A program made the position numbers and the translations under genes. 64,000 bases of DNA from positions 48,732,001-48,796,000 of the forward strand of contig NC_043006.1 in assembly GCF_006345805.1 (NCBI RefSeq). The letters run 5' to 3'. Positions within the stretch are counted from its first letter, which is position 1, and each line of letters opens with the position of its first letter. Of the stretch, positions 1-13,119 are shown one piece after another. The notes below the pieces were generated by a model that ran no database searches, had not been told where the DNA came from, and worked only from the letters and a program-made list of their open reading frames with translations. The stretch comes from Octopus sinensis. Lineage: Eukaryota.

Positions 1-175
1 TTTCCTCTCAGAATTTTTTTTTTTAAAACCCACAAAACAAAATGAAAGGAAAAGAATTTTTTTTTTTTAAATTGTAAAAAAAAAAAAATCATTGCTTTTT
101 TTTTTTTTTTTTGCTTTTCATTTTTTTTATATTTGTTTGGTTTTTGTGATGAGTTTTCTCTTTTTTCACAATCAG

Positions 176-208
176 TCATAAAAAGCGAAGGCGGAAAGGA
201 GAAATAAG
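176..208 (+). CDS. NEO1: Candidate 33-nt micro-exon of the neogenin/DCC gene (phase 2-2), encoding (S)HKKRRRKGEI(R) inside FN3 repeat 1
   Basis: Long U-rich tract ending ...ttttttcacaatcAG (174-175); donor AG|GTATGC at 209; length 33 nt; only the phase-2 frame is open, which the 9604 exon requires; terminal AG plus A9604 rebuilds the R of RERV. Confidence 0.6.
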
Positions 209-367
209 GTATGCAGAGTTTGTTATATGACTTAGTGTTTCCATCCAAAATATATTAGTTATATGCATTTACGACCTCATCATCATCATCATTATCAGCA
301 GCAGCAGTAACAATGAGCTAACAAGGGAGTCCTTTTTTTTCTTTTTTTTTACATGTCTACTAGAAAT

Positions 368-664
368 GTTTGTTCCTTCTCGAGCCACGCCTGGCTCATA
401 GGGCTGGTTTCCTGGTTTCCTTGGCGTATAGGTTCCCCACCTGGACAAGACGCCAGTCCATCGCTGGTGAGCTGCGACATGCAGGAGGAAAGAGTGAGAG
501 AAAGTTGTGGCGAAAGAGTCAGCATAAGTTCGCCATTACCTTCTTCTGGAGCCGCGTGGAACTTGCGTGTTTCACTCATAGACACACACATCACCCTGTC
601 TGAGATTCGAACCCGCAATCCCTCAACCATGAATCCGCTGCTCCATTAGGCCATGTGCCTCCAC
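368..664 (-). mobile_element. tRNA-derived SINE (family A) with 13-bp target-site duplication
   Basis: tRNA-like head on - strand (GTGGAGGCACATGGCCTA...GGTTCGAATC); TSD GTCTACTAGAAAT at 355-367 and 665-677; related copies at 15726, 25385, 51894. Confidence 0.85.
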
Positions 665-1159
665 GTCTACTAGAAATTTTGACTAGTAGTCAAATTTTCC
701 TCAGATCCCACTCTACTACTTTGGCAAAAATTATAACGGTTCATTGGTTAGCATAGTTCTAAACATACTCTTAAAAAGGTGGGATGATCACAACTGGAAT
801 GTCTTTAAAGAATAGGTCTGCTCAGTCAGGTCTAACAAGGAAGCTTCTGCAGAGTCACCCAAACTGTTAAAAATAGCAATCAAATTTCTCTCTCTCTCTC
901 TCTCTCTTCCTTTCATTTAAGAAAAGGAAAAACAAATTGAATAGTAACACAGTATGTAAATAAGCTTGGGTACCTTTAGCACATTTTTGCCTGTTGCAAA
1001 CATTGAAACTTCAAACTTAGTCTCCTGTTTGAGAAGAATTTCTTCTCCTCTTCCACTAACTCCTGAGGCCCCTGCGAAAGATAAAGGATCATGGGAACTC
1101 CCTGACTAAGCAGTAGATGAAAAATACAATAAACTATCTTTTATCTTTCAATGGACTGT

Positions 1160-1510
1160 GGCCATTCTGGGGGCACCACCTTGAAGGGTTTTAGTTTAAC
1201 AAACTGACCCCAGTATTTATTTTTATCAGTCTGGGACTTATTCTATCAGTCTCTTTTGTGAACCAGTAAGTTACAGGGACATAAAACAAACTAGCAGATT
1301 GTCAAGCAGTGGTGGGGAACAAATACACACACACACACACACTCACACAGATATATGTGGTAGGCTTCTACACAGTTTCTGTCTAATGAATTCACTCACA
1401 AAGCATTGGCCAGCTCAGAGCTATTGTACAAGACACTTGCCCAAGGTGTCATGCAGAGGGACTGAACCTGAAACCCTGATTTTACAAAATGAGTTTCTTA
1501 ACCACACATT
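1160..1510 (-). mobile_element. CORE-like tRNA-derived SINE (family B)
   Basis: Contains reverse complement of CACCTTGGGCAAGTGTC core; matches many copies in the window. Confidence 0.75.
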
Positions 1511-1934
1511 ATATCCTAAATTACGATAAAATCAAACACACAAAGTACAGTATGTGTGTGTGTGTACCTACTGCAACAATGATCTCAAAACAAAAAAAAC
1601 AAACAATATACAAAACCCTTAAGGACATAGCTATAGCTATATATGTATATATATTGTATAAAATATCGTGGGTGAGGCCAAAACAATGCGAAGTAAATGC
1701 AAGGTAAATCATATATATTATGGATTCTCATGTCATGAACAAAAAATGAGGGCTCAGTAAAATAAAGTGGTAATCATGTTCTATGGACACGAATGTTTCT
1801 TTTGAGACCTGCTGGTGCCTTGGTAACCTTTTGGCGAATGGAAACAAGTGGAGGAGTAAGTTTACTCGAGTGCTTGTGGAACATTTAGTTTGTGTTTTGT
1901 TGAGTAGACAGCAAAGCCATTATATATCTGTCTA

Positions 1935-2096
1935 TACATACATACATACATACATACATACATACATACATACATACATACATACATACATACATACATA
2001 CATGCATGCATGCATACATGCATGCATACATACATACATACATGCATGCATACATGCATGCATGCATACATGCATGCATGCATGCATGCATGCATA
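1935..2096. repeat. Compound (TACA)n/(TGCA)n microsatellite
   Basis: Directly visible; source of the MHAC/MYVC pseudo-ORFs. Confidence 0.95.
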
Positions 2097-3274
2097 TAAA
2101 TTAGAGAAGAACCACCATGTAGCAATTCAACAATGATATAATTAAATCATAATATATAGAAAAATATTAAATATATGATAAAACATATACCTATAATTAA
2201 GTAAAGTACAAAATAAATAAATAGTATATAATTAGTATTACTAAATTGAATTTTTCCCTGTAAATTTGGAATCATATTCTCTAATATTATTATTATATTT
2301 ATATATATATATATATATATATAAGGGATGACCTTATGTATATATACACATGTATTACAATTTTTCTGAATTTTCAGATTTTTCTATATGCTAGGCTACT
2401 GGTTTTAAATTAATTAATATTCAATTTATCACCCTCATTATTTAAATTATATATATATATATGTATGTATAGTGTAGTATGAGATTAAATAAATGACAAT
2501 GGAACAGGAATTAAGTAATCAACTTCATTAGCTTACTGCTGTTTCTGCTATAAGATGCAATGTATTCAGACCTGAGTTCTTGTGCATCAACTTATAGCTT
2601 CCTCAGAGCTTTTGGAATGAAGCGAAAGTTTTTTTGGGAAACGATTTACATGCATTGAGAAGATCAAACTTGAAACTATACAAATACACAAGAAAAGGTT
2701 CCCAGTTTACAGCTGTACAACACAGGTGTTATACTCACTACATAGCTTCAAACTTGTTTTCATAAGAGTTCACATAATTCCAGGTTTTGATTGCAAGAAA
2801 ACTCAGCTTAGAGCCATATGGAAAATGTTTGGTACTCATGCTGGGCTGTCAAGAACTTTGGGATATATACCCAAACTTTCATTACACAACAAGGATATTT
2901 GTGTTTCGAATATACATTAAACTTTGGTATATATCAAATTTTTGCGGCTGCCCTGCTGTGTACACTCATATATATGAATAAATTCATATTACATGCGTGT
3001 ATGGATGTATGTATATATGGATTCAGGCATATGTATTTATAAATATACATGTATATATATGCATATATACAAATGTATGTAGTTGTGTGCATGTGGTGTG
3101 TGTGTATGAATGCAGACGTGTGTTTATATGATCATCCAGTCTGATGATCAGGAACATTTAATTCGAATAACTAGATCTGAGGTGCCAGCTACCATAACCA
3201 TAAATAGCGCTCACTCCATGGTAGTGAGTATTGTTACTTGCACTAGTGTGTACACTATGTGCACATACACATAG

Positions 3275-3330
<56 letters not shown>

Positions 3331-3347
3331 ATATATATATATATATA

Positions 3348-3508
3348 GGTGCAGGAGTGGCTGTATGGTAAGTAGCTTGCTTACCAACCACATGGTTCTG
3401 CGTTCAGTCCACTGCATGACACCTTGGGCAAGTGTCTTCTACCATAGCCTCGGGCCAACCAAAGTCTTGTGAGTCGATTTGGTAGACGGAAACTGAAAGA
3501 AGCCCGCC

Positions 3509-3540
<32 letters not shown>

Positions 3541-3742
3541 GTGTGTCTGTGTTTGTCCCCCCCCCCCCAACAATGCTTGACAACGGATGCTGGTGTGTTT
3601 TCTTCCCCCATAACTTTTAACGGTTCAGCCAAAGAGTCTGATAGAATAAATAAGCTTCCAAAGAATAAGTCCTGGGGTCGATTTGTTCGACTGGAGGTGG
3701 TACTCCAGCATGGCCACAGTCAAATGACTGAAACAAGTAAAA
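3348..3742 (+). mobile_element. CORE-like SINE (family B)
   Basis: GCAGGAGTGGCTGTATGGTAAG head, CACCTTGGGCAAGTGTC core, internal (TG)/(TA) repeat, GACTGAAACAAGTAAAAGA tail. Confidence 0.85.
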
Positions 3743-3745
3743 GAC

Positions 3746-3800
<55 letters not shown>

Positions 3801-6389
3801 GCATGTATCCCTCCATGAATACACGTACTTGCGTGTGTGAGTGTGTGTGTGGAAATTTTCTTAGTGGCAATCTTTTTATAGTTGCAGGTATTTGTGATTT
3901 GTGGTGTTGAAAACAAATCCAAACTAATATATTTCTGGTGGAAACATTAAGTACTTTATACCACAGTAAAGATGTGATTGCGAATGATAGAATGTAGTGT
4001 TGGCAGGTTCAAATCTAAGTAGATCTTAAATGTTTTATGTTTTTATTGTTTCTTTTTTTTTTTTTTCAATTTTATTTATTTATAATTAGGTTTTCTGTTC
4101 ATAGTTTATTAATATATATAACAACAGCAGCAACGTAATGTTTTTTTTTTCCTCGTTATCGTTAGAGGTCTCTCAGCATTTAATGAATTTTTTAGGTACA
4201 ACCATTAATTAGTATTGATTAGTAATTTATACTGTGGTAAAGACAGTGGGTTGGTAGAATCATTAGAGTATCAGTTAAAATGCCTCATGATACTTTTGTG
4301 TTTCTATGTTCCAAGTTCAAATCTTGCAACGGTCAACTTCTACCTTTTATTCTTCCAAAATTGGTAAAATAAAGGATCTGTCAGGTGCTGGAGCCAATGC
4401 TATCAATTAACCTTTTCCTTCAAAATTGCTAGCCCTTTGCTTAATTTAGAGACAATTATTGCTTCTTTGATATCATTCCTGAATTCTTTGGTCATCAATG
4501 TTTGCATTCCGATAATTCCTCTTAAAGTTAAAAAAAAACAAAAGACAATTGGAATCCTCCCAGATTATAAAGTAAACAGTATCGATCAACCAAACTTTTT
4601 TCTGATTACCTATCTTTTATAAGTCATTACTATTCTATCTACAATTAACCCTTTTGATGCCAATCTGTCTGAGACTGCTTCAGGTTCTATGATACAAACG
4701 TCTTGTTTTAACCCTTTAGCATTTAGACCAGCCGTATGCGGCCCAAATATTCTTCATGCTTTATGTTCAAATCAGCTACATCTGGCCTTTATACCTACCC
4801 TGCAATGTCATTCCTAAAGTAAAGAATCACGTCATTGAAATGGTAAAGCTTTGGATTCTGAACACTAGCTTAACCCTTTAGCATTCAGATTAATCCACCA
4901 ACTGTAATGCGTATTTATCCAGATTGTTCCAAATTAATCTTGTATTATCTCATAGCTCCATGATTTTGATGTGATTGCTTATGTTTAGAGTGACATTGTA
5001 GGGCAGGTGTGATAGGCCATATCTGGCCAGTTTGAACATAAAAACAGATCAAATATTTGGACCGGTCATGGTTTGTTTGAATACCAAGAGGGCTAATAGT
5101 GACAAAGTTATTTTACTAAATTGTTTTCTATTTTCAAAATTGATTGAAAGAAATGCAGTATCTTTCCACAGAAATTTGGTAGCAAAAGGGTAATGGTTTT
5201 GAAAAGAGAGAAATACCAGAGCTCTCACTTGGAAGTGAGCATGGCTTGGTAACAACATGCCTCATGCTTTTGCTAAATGTTTCAAGTGCCTTTGTATTCT
5301 TGAGCAGATACATACGCCTGTCCTGTTACCAGCTTGGAGGGGAGTGATTGAGAACAACACCAGCATTAGAATAATACTCATTTTCAGCTGGGTAAACTGG
5401 AACTGTGTGAAATGATGTGCTTTGCTCAAAGGCACAGTGTGTTACCTGGTCCAAGATTCAAACCCTTAACCAGATGATTGCAAGCTCAATACTTTGATCA
5501 CTAGGCCACCACTGATGTATTAGTCATTACAATCCCCATTTCCAGACAGAAAAATGCAAAAGACCCACCGATATAGTACCTAATTTAAGAAGTGTAATTG
5601 GTAATATAAGGCAGTGAGCTGGTAGAAGCATTAGCCTGTTGGGTAAAACGCTCAGCAGAATTTCTTGTGGCTCATGTTCCGAGTTCAAACCCCACTGAAG
5701 TCAGTTATGACCTTGGTAGTTGGTGTCATCGACTTGGCCTCCTCCCCTCAAAATTGTTGACCTCGAACTCTACTCTGAACTTTTGTCTCTTATCCTGTTC
5801 AAGGGAAAATATTTTGATGTTGGTCATCTTGCAAAGTGGGTAACTGGCTTTATGAGTTCTAGAGCTCAAAGAAAGAAAAAATAAAGATTGGTAATAACAG
5901 TTGACTGGCAAGCAGACCTGTTGCTGTTTTACTGTCACAGATCAGTGATTCTCATGACCAATTTTTTTATTTTCATTAAAATGTTAGCTATTATTTCATA
6001 ATACACTCCACTGCATATTACTATGATACTGCCTAGAATTTTAAAATCATTATAGAAAGCATAGAAGTGTGAAGAAAACCACACCGAAAGTATTTAAACA
6101 TAATGATGATAAAAATACAAATAGATTTATAATATATTTGACATAAATTCTCCATTTTTACTTCGCTTCTTTCTTTCTTTTTTTCTTTCCTTTATTCTTT
6201 CACTTCAATAAATTTTTAATTGAAGAAAAAAAAATCAACAAAAATAAAAAAAAAATATTTGGAAAAATCCTTAATTTTGGTGTGTTTTATTTTTCTTTTG
6301 TTTTTTTTTTTTTACCTCTCCCTCTTTCTCCCCCGTCTGCTACTGTGGCTAGTACTATATCTTGCAAGATATATATGAATCTTCTGGAA

Positions 6390-6433
<44 letters not shown>

Positions 6434-7229
6434 ATTAATCTTTTAAGTGCTGAGAAATACTGTGAAATACTTTTTTTTTTTGTTTTTTGGTCTTGTTGGC
6501 TGAAACTGCTTTCAGAGAAAAAAAAACATTTATAACAAATCGGACACGTACATAACCCACACAACCATCATTTATTGTATATTTTATAAAGAATATTCCA
6601 TATCTGATATCTTGCTAGACACATGAAGAGGAATGGCATCCAGGCCTCAATATCATTATCTCTCTTGAAATATTCCAATTCCCTTATTATTTTGTTGATT
6701 GCTATATATGGTAATGGGGAGAGGATCTGGGAATCTATATGGTTTCTTCAGGTAACAATCTTGCAAGCACCAACTCTAAGAATGCAGCACAAAAGATATT
6801 CCTCTCTCTTCATTACACCTATACCATATTGAGTGATAAAATATAATTGGTTTATTGGTGAAACAAGCATTACAAGAAGTATTTCATTTTGTCCCTACAA
6901 TTTATCACATGTGAGGAATTGTAGGGACTAGATTCTTTCTTGCTTTCTCTCTTTCCCTCTCTCATCACAAGACAGATTGGTATTTTTGAATATATAAATA
7001 AAGGTTTTTGAAAACATTTAACATCATTATAGCTTCACCAGTTTTGTAAACTAGCTGCGGTTAATGAATTTGAAGCGAGATTATCTGTTCTATAAGCAGT
7101 TAATCTTAGGCACAGACTTTACACAGAACTTGAAATTGTACTTTTTTGCAACTGTATACCTTTACAAAATCAGAAGACACCCCCCCCCCAACTACATGTG
7201 TAGGTAGTTGGTATTTCAAAAGATGTATA

Positions 7230-7480
7230 GTAAACACAAGTGTTTGAAGATCCAGCAAACATGCTATGTTAGTCCTCAAGCTCTCCTCTGTAAGGTCCTA
7301 TCAGAAGCAACCCTCATTAAACTTTGCACCTGGATTCCCAAGCATGACCAAATCAGCTTACGGGTATTATCCAACCATCGCATTCTTGGTCTGTTCTTGG
7401 ATTTCTGCAGGTTGACTCACCTTGAAGAATCCATCTTGCAATTCTTTTCTATAGTATTCTAACCACATGTTCGTGGTACT
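7230..7480 (-). mobile_element. Degenerate RTE-clade LINE 3' fragment
   Basis: Minus strand reads AGA CCA AGA ATG CGA TGG TTG GAT AAT = RPRMRWLDN, the GRP..RW.D C-terminal motif of RTE ORFs. Confidence 0.6.
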
Positions 7481-8857
7481 GGAACTGTGACCCCCTCAAT
7501 GAAATTTAAATTTTAGAAAATAAATTAAATTGTTCTCTTAAGAGGACTAAATCTGAACAACAGCTATTATTCCACTACAGATTTAGTTTTATTTGTGAAA
7601 CAACTCCTAATTTCATAATTTCAACAACTTCTTAATATAAGGATAATAGGTCAAAAAAATTGTTTCTTAGTGACCGCCAACAGATTTTTCTACTAGTGGC
7701 CTTGTATAGTGATTTAAGATAGCAAAGGTCAATTGTCGTAGTATGGTGAACCCAGCCTATGTTAGGAAATGCTTTAGAGTCCATTACTTTTGCTGTTTAA
7801 CTGCCTGCTATCATTTTATTTTTCCCTTCTACATCTTTACTTGTTTAAACACCTGCCTTTTTTTTTAGCATAACTATACCTGCCTTGATTGCTTTTGCTG
7901 CTTAGCTAATTGACTAAGGTAACAAAGACATGAACAGTCTCTCTCTCTCTTTCTCTCATTCTGTGATTAATCTAACTAGGCTGTTTGCTTTAATCCATCT
8001 AATCCTACCATATTAATATTGCTGGCTGAATAACAATGGCTTAACAAGATAGTTTTTTTTAAAGCTTTTTTTGTATACTAATCAACCTTTGACATATCAG
8101 TAACCTTTGACCTTCCTAACAATTTGGTTCATCTTACTGACCATTGTCCACTTTCGGGCTGACAGTGGTTACACTCAATGGTGAGTCTGAAAAGTGATAC
8201 CAATTCTACATCTGTTGGTTACCTACTCAGGGAATATCCGCTAATTTATTTGTACAATATTTTAATTAACCAATTAACCCTGTTTTTGTTCTTTGTTTTG
8301 TTTTTTCTCTATTTCATTGTTGAGCAAATAAATGCTCCTTACTGTTTTTGTTTTCTTTTTAATTTTCTTCTTTATTTTTCAGTTTTTCTTTCGATAAAAT
8401 CTCTTTCCTTCATTATTATTATTATTATTAACCTTAATATATGACTAGATCATGGATCATGCATTATGGTTCATGGTTTGTTAACAGACAAACAGGTGGA
8501 CAATTCTTGGTGGCCATATAAACAAATCATGTACAAGAATAATACACTTGAGTAGAAAGACCCTTGTTACCATTTCTGGCCGCCAAGGACAATGAGTACT
8601 GAGATTAATTAAAAACTGCAAACTCGTAGAACACTTTTCATTTATAAAGTGCACCTACTGCAGTTAGATCAGTATTTCCAAATATTTTTCAATCCATGCC
8701 TTAGTCTGGTTTTCCAAATCTTTGTTTTTATGCTAAATTATGATAAAAAATAATTTTGCATTAAACTGAGAGATGACACAATACAATTTGTAGAGTACTT
8801 GGCTACACCTGCTGAAGGCAGTGCTCCAGCATGGTCACTATGACTGAAATTATGAAA

Positions 8858-8891
<34 letters not shown>

Positions 8892-9603
8892 GGGTAAAAA
8901 ACATAGTCGCGGAAGCAGTAGTAACTTAATTCAAGCAAAACCATTCTTAGTCTTTGGGATGAGGAAAAGAATCTGGTTTTAGTTTAGTGTAGGGATTTAC
9001 CATAGCTGGAGTGCTGATGTGAAACCTTGTCAGAAACTTTGCATCATTGCCTAAGGGAAGATGCATTGGTCTATTTATGTAACTCTAAGCCAGATAAAAA
9101 TTAGGTAACACCATATCCCATTACAGAGAATCTGTGGATAGAATGGCGTCATATTTATGAAGTACCATTTGTATAATTTCAAGTATGTGTCTTCATACAA
9201 TAACAGACACTGTGAACCCCCACCAAAAAAAAAAATAAAATAAACAAACAACTGTAAAAATAATATTTATGCCTTTAGCATTTAAATTACTAAATCAAAT
9301 ATAACTTCTCTATTTGTTGGCATTGTTTTAAATTATTCATGAATCCTGCATTATCTCATAGCTGATAGTGTGGTTCTTTATTTTTAGAATGATATTGCAT
9401 GGTAAATATAAAAGGCCAGATCTGGCTATATATGAACAAATAAAAGGGAGAATATTTTGACCAGTGTGGTTGGGTTAAATGCTAAAGGATTATAAAATAT
9501 GAAAATGAAAAAAAAAATGGATTATTCAAATTTTCAATTCATAAATTTTATTCTTTAGAGAATGATATTTCTCATGCATTTTGTTTCACTTCTTTTCTTT
9601 TAG

Positions 9604-9746
9604 AGAACGAGTTATGAATACAACCAGTTTGGAAGCAACAATTCAACACCTAAAGCCGAATACAGTTTATGAGTTCCGAGTTCAAGCATACAACTCTCAT
9701 GGCCCTGGAAAGGCCGTTGTTATTGAAGTTGAATCTGAAGAAGAAG
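9604..9746 (+). CDS. NEO1: Neogenin/DCC/frazzled exon: C-terminal half of FN3 repeat 1 (RERVMNTT...LKPNTVYEFRVQAYNSHGPG...EEE)
   Basis: Acceptor ttttcttttag, donor G|gtaag; RER.NT and L.P.T.Y.FRV.AYN..GPG motifs of DCC/neogenin FN1; phase 2 in, phase 1 out. Confidence 0.93.
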
Positions 9747-10157
9747 GTAAGAACCAACCAACCCTTACACCCCTGGGAACCAGGAGTACTAACTTTTCCT
9801 GCAATGATCCAAAAACTGGAATAATTTTTACAAGATGTCAAACAAATGAATAAGAGTTTTACCATTTATAATTCTAATATTAAAACTCTTTGACAAGACG
9901 GGCGAGCTGGCAGAATTCGTAGCATTTCTGGACAAACCGCTTAGCAGCATTTCATCTGTCTTTATGTCCTGAGTTCAAATTCTGCTGAAGTCACCTTTGC
10001 CTTTCACCCTTTTGGGGTCAATAAAATAAGTACCAGGTGACTTATTCCCTCCCTCACAAAATTGCTGGTCTTGTGCCAAAATTTGAAATCAATATTAAAA
10101 AACCTCTGAACTTTATTAGAATACCAAACAATAAAAAAAAATATCTAGACAGGCTTA

Positions 10158-10490
10158 GGCATGGCCATGTAGTTAAGAAACTCGCTTTGTAATCAAGTGC
10201 TCCCGAGTTCAGTCCCACTCAATGGCACCTTGGTCAAGTGTCTTCTATAGCCCCAGGCCTGCCAAAGCCTTGTGGCAGAAACTATGCAAACCCATTGTTT
10301 GTGTGCCTTAGTGTTTGTTGCCCCTACCACTTGACAAGTGTTGGTTTGTTTACATCCATGTAGCTTAGCAATTCTTCGAAAGAGATCAATAGAGTACCAG
10401 AGTTAAGTCAGTACTGGGGTCCATTTGATCAATTAAACCTTCAGTGCTGCAGTACCCTAGCATAGGTGCAGCCCTGTGACTGAAACACAT
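10158..10490 (+). mobile_element. CORE-like SINE (family B), diverged
   Basis: Same head, core and tail order as 3348-3742. Confidence 0.7.
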
Positions 10491-12220
10491 AAAAAAAAAC
10501 CTGTTGTTAATCCCTTCAAACTTTTCCTCTTACCTCAAAAATTGTTGGTCCCGTGCCAAAATTTGAAACTATATTTCTGTTGAAATACACTGCCTTGATT
10601 TAAATTAATTTTGAAAATAATAAAGAATTTAGTAAAATAACTACCATTATTAAGCTGGTGTTTGAAACAACATGAAATTCTGATGGAGGATTTTAATTTA
10701 GGTCGCTTTAAAACAAGAAATTTGTATCATTGAACCAAGGACAGTTTCTGGTAGGTTGGTATCAAAAAGTGTAAGTACACACACACACACACACACACAC
10801 TTAGAATACTCATCAAAACTTCTAGAGATCCATTCACCGTTTTTATACTTTATTGTTACTCATCATCACCGTTTAATTTCCGTATGCCATGCTGGTATGG
10901 TTTGGACATTGATATTAAGGAATGCTGTCAAATCCCTTAATATTTAATGTAAACAATATGTTTACAAATATATGTATATCTTTCTCTACCAAAAAATTGA
11001 ACAATAATCTTAAGACTGTGGATTAACTTTAATTCAAAGTTGAAATCTCATCTTAAAGCTTTCAATGTACAACAGTAGACTAGACTGGTGTGAAATAATC
11101 CCATGTTATCAGTTTAGGAGAAAACATCGGTTGAAGTTCACAAACTGTTACAATACACACACACACACACACACAATTACTTTCCATAATCCGTAGTAGT
11201 TAATCCAAATACGAGCAGCAGATTAGCCCAGATTAACAAATGGTCGGCCACTGCTCTTTGTTGTTGCTTACAAACAAAAAAAAATAAAAGCAGATTTGAT
11301 ATGCAAAGCCAACATTCCAGCCAAAATAATCTTTGGTCTGGAATGTAAATTGACTGAATTTTGTTTGATTTAGAATCAGAATTGGGCAAGTTTCTTTTGT
11401 AGCCCTCCCTCTCAGCCCCATCACACATATTTGACATGACCTCAACTGTTAGACTTGACCTCATCATCTAACCTATGCAGCCTTTCATATGACAGTAGCA
11501 GGAGAATATGACATGGAGATTTGGCTACTGCTTGTGAGCTGGCATGGTTTGTTTTCATTTTATTAGGCTGAGTGATAATATAGATCACCACCCTCCCCAC
11601 CTCTTCTGTTTGTTCTATAAAGATTGAGTTGAATTCAATGAAAGCAATAAAACATCAGATATATATATATGTATCTATCATCTTAACCCTAATACACACT
11701 CACAAACATACACACACATACACACACACATATATATATATCTGTACGGCAGGCTTCTTTTAGTTTTTATCTATCAGGTCCACTCACAAGGCTTTGGTCA
11801 GCTCAGTACTGTAGTAGAAGGTGCCCAAGGTACTGTGCAATGAGACTGAACCCAGGACCACATGGTTAAGATGCAAACTACTTTAACCACACAGCCACAT
11901 CTGTGTGTGTGTGCATGTGTGTAAAACATATAAATACCTTGGATGGGAATTGCTTTAACTGAAGAAGGTCTTACGTAATGGATGCATTTCCTATTATGTA
12001 TTATACAGACCTGAAGCATACATATTAAATTATTTTAAAATATCACTTTTTGGTTTGACCTCATTATTAGAACTTTTATACACACACACATATATAAATT
12101 CAAAATAATAAGGGTAAAAAATTGAATATTAATTTGATTAATATCAATTTAAAACCAGTGGTCTAGCATATTAAAATATCAATTTAAAACCGGTGGTCTA
12201 GCATATTAAAATCTGAAGGA

Positions 12221-12435
12221 ATGACCACTACATGGACAACCCTTATGCTAGAAGTAGTTCTGCTATGGTCTGACCACTAAGAAAGGAATGTTCTCAAGAA
12301 AATTTAGTAAATGCCAGAACGTAAGTGAGCAAGACAAATGAAAAGAGGCTAAATTTTCTTGAGAACATTCCTTTCTTAGTGGTAAGACCATAGCAGAACT
12401 ACTTCTAGCATAAGGGTTGTCCACGTAGTGGTCAT
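12221..12435. repeat. 87-bp inverted repeat (2 mismatches, 41-nt loop)
   Basis: 12221-12307 vs 12349-12435; preceded by a 35-bp tandem duplication (12141-12175, 12176-12210). Confidence 0.93.
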
Positions 12436-12889
12436 CCCTCTTATATGTATGTTATATATATATATATATATATTAATCTTTGTTTCTTTGGCTTGAAATT
12501 CTTAACTCAAAACAAATATAATAAACATAAAGAGGGAACAGAAATTAAAATTCTAATTCAGTAAGAAAGCTGCCTTTTCCAATTAACTATTCTATCTCAG
12601 TCAATTTTGAAAATAACGATGAATTTAGTAAGATAGCTTTGGTATTATTAAACTGGTGGATAAGGCAGCAAGCTGGCAGAATCATTAGCATGCCAGGCAA
12701 AATACTTAGTGGTATTTCATCTGTTCTTACATTCTGTGTTCAAATTCCACTGAGGTTGACGTTTCCTTTCATCCTTTCAGGATTGATAAATTAAGTACCA
12801 GTGAAACACTGGGGTCAATATGATCAACTAGTCCCCTCCTGCCAAAATTTCAGGCCTTATGCTTATAGTATAATAAAGGATTATTATTA

Positions 12890-13119
12890 TTAACCCTTTC
12901 AATACCAACCTGGCTGAAACCAGCTTTGGCTATGAGTACAGAATATCTTGTTTTCATAAGTTTTTGAATTAAAATCTTCCACCAAGCCTTAGTCACAAAT
13001 TATGTTCCTAACACTGGCTTAATGATAACTAAGTTATTTTACTAAAGTCTTTGTGATATTTAAAGTAATTGAAAGAAACACAGAGCATCTCAAAATAAAT
13101 ACAGTAACAAAAGGGTTAA
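12890..13119. mobile_element. MITE family F (TTAACCCTTT...AAAGGGTTAA termini)
   Basis: Inverted termini; about 230 bp; same interior as 25944 and 57982 copies in opposite orientation. Confidence 0.8.

Noticed and set aside
349-649. Three overlapping ORFs of 77-98 aa
   Set aside because: They lie wholly inside a SINE bounded by a TSD; no protein-family features.
1783-2136. ORFs with YIHT/MHAC/MYVC repeats, and similar YIYI, ERER, SLSL ORFs elsewhere
   Set aside because: Translations of microsatellites.
3134-3176. Hammerhead-like ATCCAGT-CTGATGA...GAATA-ACTAGAT
   Set aside because: GAAA core and helix III are corrupted; at best a decayed relic.
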